A stretch of 47,850 nucleotides of DNA. Source: Bdellovibrionia bacterium. GTDB lineage: Bacteria; Bdellovibrionota; UBA1018. The position numbers were made by a program, and so were the translations under genes. Under the pieces are notes generated by a model. That model was given only the letters and a program-made list of their open reading frames with translations, was not told where the DNA came from and searched no databases. Positions 1 to 6,768 of the stretch are shown in pieces (the stretch's first letter is position 1; every line of letters starts with the position of its first letter). Location of the stretch: the NCBI GenBank assembly GCA_044227445.1, contig JBGAWT010000001.1, positions 1-47,850 of the forward strand, written 5' to 3'.

Positions 1-336
1 GCCGACGATCATTTTGTTGAGATCTTCGCCCGTCTTAAGAAAGCTGATCTCCGCATGGATCTTTCGGCGATTCTTGTCAGTCGCCGAAACTTGGCCTATG
101 GCCCCCTCGTAGGGATCATTGTCGCTTTTTTCCGGACTCCATTTTGAGGACAGCCCCTTGATTCCATAATCATGTTGGAAGTGGCACCAGAGCGCCTTTT
201 CCTTGGGGTGCGCAAAGATGGGTAGGTAAACGCCCGCCGCGACACCGACGTGGTAGGTCGATTTCTCACCGTCTGCCCAAGACACAGCGGTGAGTAAGGA
301 CAGGATGATCCCAAAGAAGAAACTGGTTTTTGTCAT
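1..336 (-). CDS. hypothetical secreted protein, N-terminal part only (gene runs off the left edge)
   Basis: This is not in the ORF track because no stop falls inside the window. A reverse-strand ATG (334..336) opens a frame that stays open for all 112 codons down to position 1: MTKTSFFFGIILSLLTAVSWADGEKSTYHVGVAAGVYLPIFAHPKEK... The N-terminus looks like a Sec signal peptide. The track ORF 96..314 is in another frame and has Arg/Pro/Ser-rich junk composition. There is no clear SD. Confidence 0.5.
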   Translation of the reverse strand, partial: MTKTSFFFGIILSLLTAVSWADGEKSTYHVGVAAGVYLPIFAHPKEKALWCHFQHDYGIKGLSSKWSPEKSDNDPYEGAIGQVSATDKNRRKIHAEISFLKTGEDLNKMIVG

Positions 337-375
337 TGATTCATTGTGACGAGCGGAGGGGGATCAGTCAACAAA

Positions 376-459
376 GGTGGGGCCGGCGGGATTTACGCTC
401 CGTCGAACGGAATTTGGCTTCCGGTGCTCGGACTACACGTCCTCGCCTTGCAGCCCGGG
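376..459. repeat. att-like copy of the tRNA-Pro 3' end (376..394) fused to copy 1 of a 65-nt direct repeat (395..459)
   Basis: ggtggggccggcgggattt (376..394) matches the tRNA-Pro 3' end ggtcgggccggcgggattt (2977..2995) at 18/19 positions in the same orientation. The next 65 nt (395..459) are about 90% identical to 2781..2846, including perfect 36-nt (atttggcttccggtgctcggactacacgtcctcgcc) and 11-nt blocks. Confidence 0.85.
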
Positions 460-598
460 TTGGCTAGAGATGGCTAAAGCCGTGCCTATAAGCTTTGCCT
501 TCCAAAATCCAAGACTCTGAAATATTCTAATTGAAATACACAGTCCAAATATCTTCAAGATACTTACTCAACAATCCAAATTGGCATGGAGGCCAACA

Positions 599-2650
599 AT
601 GGAGCTAGTTTTCAAGAACTGTAACAGCATAGCTGAAGCGAAGATCCGAATTGAAGAAAACAAGCTAAACATCAAGTTTGGAATAAATGGTGTTGGCAAA
701 AGCACTATAGCTAAAGCACTTTTGCTGAATGCAAATGAGCCGTCGGACTTAACATCCTTGACGCCATTCAGATATCGCCAGACACCTCAGCAAACACAAA
801 ATGCACCAACCGTAGAAGGTGCAAATGGAATTAAAAGTGTCCTGATTTTTGATGAATCGTATATTGAGCAGTTCGTCTTCCGAGAGGATGAGCTAGTAAA
901 AAATAGTTTTGAAATCTTCATAAGAACTCAAAAGTTCAATGAGCAGATGGCATCCATTGAAGCCACCATCATAGAGATTAAAAAGACCTTTGAAGCAGAT
1001 GAGAGCCTCAGTGAGGTCATCACAGACCTCAGCGAACTCGAAAGATGCATTGGAAAAACCACTAAGAAAGGTGAATTATCCGCAGCCAGTCCCTTCGGAA
1101 GAGCCCTAGGCAAGGGAAACCAGACAGAGAAAATTCCTGAAAAACTTAAAAAATACTCTAGCTACCTTACCAATGGCAATCTTGTTGGCTGGTTAGATTG
1201 GCAGATTGATGGCCACGAATTTTTAGATACTTCTGATGCTTGTCCATACTGCGTCGCTTCAACGAGCGGGAAAAAAGAACTCATTCGGTCTGTTGGGGAG
1301 GAGTTCGATAAGAATGTAATAAAGCACTTAAATTCGATTAAGAAAGTGCTCGAAAGACTGAACGAATACTTCAGCGAAGCCTCTAACAAGGAGTTAGTCG
1401 CACTTCTCAAAAACACAGACGGATTTTCCGCGAAGGAAAACCTATTTCTGGAAACACTGAGAAGCCAGGTTGCCTTTCTTTGGCGCCATTTGTCTAATCT
1501 CAAAGAAATAAATTCTTTGTCCCTCATGGATGACGATGAAAAAGTCATCGAAAAGATAAGTGACCTATCCATCAAGATGGACGTCATACAAAAACTAGAC
1601 TCAGAGAAAACTCGCACTATTGTTGAAAAAGTTAACACCTCTCTTCGTTTAGTAATGGAGAAAGCTGAAAAACTTCAGCAGGAGCTCGCGGCTCAAAAGA
1701 AAACCGTCGAAGAAACGATAAATAAACACAAAGACGGGATAAATGGGTTTTTGCGATGCGCAGGGTATCAATACACAGTCGACATTGAGAGTGACCCAGA
1801 AACCAAGTCATTTAAAATGAAGCTAAGTCACAAAGACTTAGATGAATATCTGCCACATGGCGACGCGCATCTGAGCTATGGTGAAAAAAATGCGTTCGCA
1901 ATTGTATTGTTCATGTATGAATGTCTGAGTAAAAAACCAGATTTAATCATTCTCGATGATCCGATTTCGTCTTTCGATAAAAATAAAAAATATGCCCTTC
2001 TAGAAACCCTCTTCGGCGAGGCAACCGAGCTAAGGGGTAAAACTGTGATGATGCTCACCCATGATCTAGAGCCAATCATAGACATGATCTATACAAAGGG
2101 GAAAACTTATGGACATGAAACTACTGCGAGTTTTCTAAAAGCAGAAAACGGGACAATTTTTGAAATTCCGATAAAGAGAGAAGACATTGTTAGCTTCACA
2201 AAGGTTTGTGACGATGTCCTTGGGTCCCAGGAAGACAACATCATCAAATTAATACACTTGCGACGGTGGGCCGAAATTCAGAATGACAAAGGTCCAGTTT
2301 ACAATCTCATTTCTAGTCTCCTAAAAAAACGTCCTCTTCCAACCTTAAGAGATGAAAAAACAGAAATGTCGGCCGAGGATGTGAAATCTGCCACTATTGA
2401 AATCCAAAAAAGGATTTCCAACTTCAGCTATGGTGAGATTCTAAAGCGCATCAAGAACGACTCAGAAATGAAGCAATTATTTGAAACGTGCACAAATCAG
2501 GCGAAGCTAAGCAGGTATTTCGAATTATCAAGACTCTTCCACCTGAAAGTAGACTGCCGGTCGAAAAAACTAAAAGCAGGGATTTTTCTGAAGTTTATCG
2601 ATGAAACCTTTCACATCGAAAACGACTACATAATGCAACTTAGCCCCTGA
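599..2650 (+). CDS. AAA_13-type (RloC/PrrC-like) ABC/SMC-fold ATPase with a CxxC between coiled-coil segments; candidate anticodon-nuclease-type defence protein
   Basis: The track ORF is 581..2650 (TTG); the in-frame ATG at 599 (MELVFKN) is the more likely start. Motifs (track numbering): Walker A GINGVGKST (nt 680..706); CPYC at 1241..1252, flanked by long charged and helical stretches; ABC-signature-like LSYGEKNAF; Walker B DLIILDDP; MLTHD. The C-terminal ~130 aa contains R-x2-E (RYFE) and a His 33 aa later (ETFHIEN), loosely like the PrrC/RloC Arg-Glu-His triad as I recall it. The gene is clearly AT-rich (sampled lines 33-40% GC against ~53% in lpxC). Confidence 0.8.
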   Translation: MELVFKNCNSIAEAKIRIEENKLNIKFGINGVGKSTIAKALLLNANEPSDLTSLTPFRYRQTPQQTQNAPTVEGANGIKSVLIFDESYIEQFVFREDELVKNSFEIFIRTQKFNEQMASIEATIIEIKKTFEADESLSEVITDLSELERCIGKTTKKGELSAASPFGRALGKGNQTEKIPEKLKKYSSYLTNGNLVGWLDWQIDGHEFLDTSDACPYCVASTSGKKELIRSVGEEFDKNVIKHLNSIKKVLERLNEYFSEASNKELVALLKNTDGFSAKENLFLETLRSQVAFLWRHLSNLKEINSLSLMDDDEKVIEKISDLSIKMDVIQKLDSEKTRTIVEKVNTSLRLVMEKAEKLQQELAAQKKTVEETINKHKDGINGFLRCAGYQYTVDIESDPETKSFKMKLSHKDLDEYLPHGDAHLSYGEKNAFAIVLFMYECLSKKPDLIILDDPISSFDKNKKYALLETLFGEATELRGKTVMMLTHDLEPIIDMIYTKGKTYGHETTASFLKAENGTIFEIPIKREDIVSFTKVCDDVLGSQEDNIIKLIHLRRWAEIQNDKGPVYNLISSLLKKRPLPTLRDEKTEMSAEDVKSATIEIQKRISNFSYGEILKRIKNDSEMKQLFETCTNQAKLSRYFELSRLFHLKVDCRSKKLKAGIFLKFIDETFHIENDYIMQLSP

Positions 2651-2767
2651 AGTATGAAACAGTGCCTCACTTTCTTGTCGAAGAGTGTTAAATATCTTGT
2701 TTACAGATCCAGTCATCCCATAGCCTGACGTTTCTACTCGAGAGACTATCCTCAGGAACTATGCGAA

Positions 2768-2846
2768 GGGCGGCGGATTTACGCTCCGCCGAACGGGGAT
2801 TTGGCTTCCGGTGCTCGGACTACACGTCCTCGCCCTGCAGCCCGGG
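2768..2846. repeat. decayed tRNA-3'-end motif (2768..2780) plus copy 2 of the 65-nt direct repeat (2781..2846)
   Basis: gggcggcggattt is gggccggcgggattt with two 1-nt gaps. It is followed by acgctccgccgaacggggatttggcttccggtgctcggactacacgtcctcgccctgcagcccggg, which is about 90% identical to 395..459. Track ORFs 2759..2956, 2761..2997 and 2820..3020 cross this repeat and the tRNA, so I treat them as spurious. Confidence 0.85.
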
Positions 2847-2910
2847 CTCAACGCCCACCCGCAAGCGGGTTCCCGGGCGTCTCCGCCTTTCAAATCCCGC
2901 CGTAGGGTAC

Positions 2911-2928
2911 AAAACGCGTGCGCGTTTT
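2911..2928. terminator. perfect palindromic hairpin (aaaacgcg-tg-cgcgtttt), possible bidirectional terminator downstream of tRNA-Pro
   Basis: An 8-bp stem with a 2-nt loop, and the A/T runs form part of the stem. It lies 48 nt beyond the 3' end of the minus-strand tRNA. Its function is not proven. Confidence 0.35.
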
Positions 2929-2975
2929 GACGATCGTATACCGACCAAAACTTCACTCACTTTGTTCGTTTGTTT

Positions 2976-3053
2976 TGGTCGGGCCGGCGGGATTTGAACC
3001 CACGACCCCTTGCACCCCATGCAAGTGCGCTAGCCAGACTGCGCTACGGCCCG
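2976..3053 (-). tRNA. tRNA-Pro (anticodon GGG), CCA encoded
   Basis: The reverse complement folds as a cloverleaf: CGGGCCG TA GCGC AGTCTGGCTA GCGC A CTTGC ATGGGGT GCAAG GGGTC GTGGG TTCAAAT CCCGC CGGCCCG A CCA. The 7-bp acceptor is fully paired, the T-loop is TTCAAAT, and the anticodon loop is A-T-GGG-G-T with G37, typical of tRNA-Pro. Confidence 0.95.
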
Positions 3054-3104
3054 ATGCACACGTCAGTACCTAAGCCCTAAGCGGAAATCAAGGAATTGCG
3101 CGAC

Positions 3105-4064
3105 CTAAACGTAGGCGGCGTTAGCGGCCACAGCCAAAGCAGCACGGCGACGCTCTTCGCGCTCGCGGCTTTCGCTCGGATCGACTGGCTCGAAATTCTC
3201 TGCGTTCTTGAAGATCTCGGCCAAAAGCTGCTGGTGCAGATCGTGGCCCGCACGGTGCAAGCGCACCGACATCTGCATCGCGACGCCCGCTAGCTTGAAA
3301 TCACCCAGAGCGTCCAAAACCTTGTGACGAGCAAACTCGTCTTTGAAGCGTAGGCCTTCGGGGTTGAGCACGCATGCGGCATCTAAAACGACCGCGTTCT
3401 CAAGCGAGCCGCCCTTGATCAAGCCCATGCGCTTGAGAGCCTCAACATCGCGCAAAAACCCGAACGTGCGAGCTGACGCGAGATCGGTAAAAGGCGTCAC
3501 GCCTTCGACATAAGAATATTCCTGAAAGCCAATCGCGGGATGGTCCCACTCAACCGTACCCTTGATCTCCAGATGCGAGCAGGGCTCCGCAACGGCCCAT
3601 TTCTCACCCATCCTGAGCTCAACCTTGCGCTTGAGCCTTACGAGATGACGGCGAGGGGCCTGGCGCTCAAGCCCTACGGACTCAATGGCCGAAAAAAATC
3701 CATACGCGCTGCCATCTAAGATGGGCAGCTCAGGGCCAAAAACCTCGATACGAAGATTGTCGATGTGCAGGCCTGCGATAGCGGCCAAAAGATGCTCCAC
3801 CGTACTCACTCGAGCGGCGCCCATTCCCAAGGTCGTTGCCATCTGAGTGTGAACCACGCGCGAGTAGTGCGCGGGAATCTCAGGACAGCCCGGCATATCA
3901 GCACGGACAAAGCAGATGCCGGAGTCTGGGGCAGCTGGAACGAGGCGAACGCGAACGATCTCGCCTGTGTGAAGACCCGTTCCTTGAACCTCAACGGGAG
4001 AAAGCAGGGTTTGCTGAAAATTCGATCGCACGTTCAATCCACCTGGAACACTCAAAAGATGCAC
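3105..4064 (-). CDS. lpxC: UDP-3-O-acyl-N-acetylglucosamine deacetylase
   Basis: 319 aa with collinear LpxC motifs: QQTLLSPVEVQGTGLHTG, STVEHLLAAIAGLHIDN, PILDGSA, ARTFGF, FKDEFARHKVLDALGD. An alternative GTG start at 4031 is preceded by GGTGGA. Confidence 0.95.
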   Translation of the reverse strand: MHLLSVPGGLNVRSNFQQTLLSPVEVQGTGLHTGEIVRVRLVPAAPDSGICFVRADMPGCPEIPAHYSRVVHTQMATTLGMGAARVSTVEHLLAAIAGLHIDNLRIEVFGPELPILDGSAYGFFSAIESVGLERQAPRRHLVRLKRKVELRMGEKWAVAEPCSHLEIKGTVEWDHPAIGFQEYSYVEGVTPFTDLASARTFGFLRDVEALKRMGLIKGGSLENAVVLDAACVLNPEGLRFKDEFARHKVLDALGDFKLAGVAMQMSVRLHRAGHDLHQQLLAEIFKNAENFEPVDPSESREREERRRAALAVAANAAYV

Positions 4065-4344
4065 GGTCTAATCCCCTTATCGCTCCCACACCTGCACGAT
4101 TACTTAACTCAAGAGCAAGGAGCGTGCCGAACTCAGGAAATCTGCGTCACGAACGGGAATTAGACAAAACTGGCGTCGATATTCGACCATTTTGTTCCAA
4201 AATAAAAGCTCTATTTTTCATAGAGTTAGAAAGGCAAACACGCGATCGACTTGGCGCGTCAAGAAGTGCAAAAAAACCTGCTGTGCCGAAAGGTTACACC
4301 TCTGTGGCACTCTTAAAAGTGTGTGTGTGAGCACACAGGTTTAG

Positions 4345-5408
4345 CTAAGTTTCGGTGCGCTTCTGCAACACCGCATCCATCGCTGACGCAGCGGGCGGAG
4401 ACCAGACAAAACCCAGATGCTCGTACGCCAGACGAGTGGCCATGCGACCTCGGGGCGTGCGCTGAAGAAGCCCCTCTTGAATCAAAAAGGGTTCGTACAC
4501 GTCTTCGAGAGTGTCGCGCTCTTCTCCTAGGGCTGAACAAAGATTTTCGATCCCCACGGGCCCCCCATCGTACTTCTCGATGATGGAAGTAAGCAGCTTG
4601 CGATCCATGAGATCCAAACCCCGAGGATCCACCTCAAAAAGCGTCAGAGCTTTTTGCGCGATCTCGCGAGTGAGCTTCGCTTCTTGGCCTGCAAACACTT
4701 GGGCATAATCGCGCACGCGCTTGAGCAACCGATTGGCGATGCGAGGCGTCCCGCGCGAACGGCGCGCAATCTCGTTGGCTCCCGACTCATCAGTCGGAAC
4801 TCCCAAAAACTGCGAGGACCTGCGCACGATCTCTTCGATCTCGGTCACAGGATAAAAATCCAAGCGCAGCTGAACGCCAAAGCGATCGCGCAACGGACTA
4901 GAGAGCAAACCGGTGCGCGTGGTCGCGCCCGCAAAGTAAAACGCGGCAAGTCGATGCGAATGGTGCGAGCCGCAGGACCCTGACCCAAAATCAGATCGAG
5001 CTTGAAGTCCTCCATCGCGCTGTAAAGCACTTCTTCGATGGTCTTGGGCAGTCGGTGAATCTCATCGATAAAAAGGACATCGCCGGGCTGAAGATTGCTC
5101 AGCACTGCGGCTAGATCGCCTTTCTTCTCGACGTTAGGGCCGGTGACCAAATGAATCTGCGTCTTCATTTCCTCTGCGATGATGTGGGCAAGCGTCGTCT
5201 TACCCAATCCTGGTGGGCCCGCCAAAAGCACGTGATCCAGGGCTTCGCCGCGTGCGCGAGCAGCGGCCATGAACAGGCGCAGATTCTCTTTAACTTTATA
5301 TTGGCCGATGTAATCGGACAGATGCGAAGGTCTGAGGCTTTTCTCAGCCTGCACCTCTCCCACGCCCTTGGACTCGCGATCAACGGTACGAACGGATTCG
5401 GTTTCCAT
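4345..5408 (-). pseudogene. ruvB: Holliday junction branch-migration ATPase RuvB, split by one frame shift (fragments 4845..5408 and 4345..4908)
   Basis: The N-fragment has [20 protein letters not shown] and ...[10 protein letters not shown]. The C-fragment resumes with (GATTRTG)[11 protein letters not shown]... On the reverse strand the sequence reads ttt act ttg cg ggc gcg acc, so one nt is missing at the C-run 4928..4931. Confidence 0.9.
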
Positions 5409-5420
5409 TTTTATCGCCTC

Positions 5421-6071
5421 CTACCCATGCAACTGCTTTAAGCCTGCTTTAATGAGCCCTTCGACCGAAGGCACAGGCGTATCGCCCAACGCTCTTAAGA
5501 CCTGATCAAGCGCGGTCACCACGTCAGACTCCCTAAACCCTAGCCCCATGAGCGCTTGTTGCGCGTCTTTGAGCCCGTGCGCAGGCTTTGCAACCGCAGG
5601 AGCCGATCCCAAAGCGGCATGCGACTCAAGCCGCCACGCTCCGCTGGCCAATTTCTTTTGAACGCGGTCGCGAATCTCCACCAAAATGCGCTCGGCTAGC
5701 TTTTTGCCGACGCGCGGGAGGGATTCTAAAAAGTCGTGATCTTCTTCTTGAACGGCCTGCGCGATGCGCTCAGCGCTAGCCATCGAGAGCAATCCCATCG
5801 CCACCTTGGGGCCCACGGTATTGACCTGCAAAAGCGTCAAAAAGACTTCCTTCTCAAAGGTGTTCTGAAATCCAAACAGGTCGATTGAGGACTCCGTGAC
5901 ATGCGTGTAGAGCTGCAGGCCGATGCGCTCGCCTTCGATCCATTGATCGTATGGAGCGCGTGCCGGAACATGAACGAGATAGCCTACGTACGAGTGCTCG
6001 GCGCCAACACCGACGACGAGCTCTCCTGGGCGAGACTCCAAACAAACTCCGCGGACCTGTGCAAGATTCAC
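5421..6071 (-). CDS. ruvA: Holliday junction DNA-binding protein RuvA
   Basis: 216 aa with a GTG start and GAAGAGGGGA upstream. It has OB-like N-terminal LxG motifs, the helix-hairpin-helix region LLQVNTVGPKVAMGLLS, and lies between ruvC and ruvB. Confidence 0.9.
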   Translation of the reverse strand: MNLAQVRGVCLESRPGELVVGVGAEHSYVGYLVHVPARAPYDQWIEGERIGLQLYTHVTESSIDLFGFQNTFEKEVFLTLLQVNTVGPKVAMGLLSMASAERIAQAVQEEDHDFLESLPRVGKKLAERILVEIRDRVQKKLASGAWRLESHAALGSAPAVAKPAHGLKDAQQALMGLGFRESDVVTALDQVLRALGDTPVPSVEGLIKAGLKQLHG

Positions 6072-6098
6072 CGGCGATTCCCCTCTTCAGGCAAGGTT

Positions 6099-6752
6099 CT
6101 ATCCCTGCCGCTTAGGCTGCGCAAGGTGAGAGAGAGCTGCTGCGCAACGGATCGTTTGCGCGAGCGCGAACGGGTGCGCTCCTTGATATTCGCGAAGCGT
6201 CTGTTGGGCGGGCTGACCCAAGCCCATGTTGCGTCCATGGCATAGCGCCAGAGCAAGCGCGTCAGAGGCGTCGGGCGATCAAACTTGAAGCCGAAATACC
6301 CAGTCCCAATTGCAGAGCGACGAGTTGAGCCACCTGATCCTTGCCCGCATTGCCGTGACCGGTGACGGCGCGCTTCACTTCGGTTGCGCTGTACTCAAAC
6401 ACATCCAGCCCATTGAGCTTTGCCGTTAAGATCGCAGCCCCGCGCACCTAGCTTAAGAGACGAAACCGCGTTCTTGGCAAAACACACGCTCGATGACAAA
6501 CACGTCCGGCTCAAACTGCTTGATCACTTGGGTGAGCCCATCGTGAATCATGAGTAGGCGGTCTTCGAGGCTAAACGAGGGGTCTGCTGATTTGAGACTA
6601 AAATCGCGCGAGACCTTAAGCGTCCCGTGACCTACGGCAGTAGCCGTGCGCCCATTCCAATCCACCACGCCGTAGCCGGTGAAGCGAGAACCCGGATCGA
6701 TGCCTAGGATGCGAAACCGCGAAGAAGAGCTCACTGCCCGTGAGCCTAGCAT
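6099..6752 (-). pseudogene. ruvC: crossover junction endodeoxyribonuclease RuvC, broken by three +1 shifts
   Basis: Conserved blocks sit in successive frames. RILGIDPGSRFTGYGVVD...VFVIERVFCQ is in frame A (6453..6752). NAVSSLKLG is in the next frame. (A)RGAAILTAKLNGLDVFEYSATEVKRAVTGHGNAGKDQV is in the third frame (6262..6447). DASDALALALCHGRN is back in frame A. The shifts map near 6470..6476, the C4 run 6438..6441 and the G3 run 6273..6275. The stop is taken as 6099..6101, but the 3' end is uncertain. Confidence 0.85.
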
Positions 6753-6768
6753 CGATGCGAGCCGCCAA

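Noticed and set aside
376-2910. The two repeats resemble a tmRNA (ssrA) 3' fragment. On the minus strand, GUAGUCCGAG...UUCGGCGGAGCGUAAAUCCGCC recalls E. coli ...GUAGUACCGAGG...UUCGGACGCGGGUUCAACUCCCGCC.
   Set aside because: The comparison is from memory only. The T-loop is non-canonical (GCGUAAA), there is no tag-peptide reading frame or 5' acceptor partner, and there is no room for a ~350-nt tmRNA between the repeat and tRNA-Pro/lpxC. The terminal match is better explained by the tRNA-Pro 3' end. An Infernal scan would settle it.
2759-3020. Three 65-78-aa track ORFs covering the repeat, the hairpins and tRNA-Pro.
   Set aside because: They overlap a bona fide tRNA and a non-coding repeat, mutually overlap on both strands, and have Arg/Pro/Gly/Ser-rich composition typical of GC-rich non-coding frames.
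4198-4225. An AT-rich hairpin (ctctat-ttttc-atagag) with a flanking T-run, about 120 nt downstream of ruvB, as a terminator.
   Set aside because: The stem is only 6 bp of AT-rich sequence and it is far from the stop codon. It could equally be part of the lpxC promoter region.
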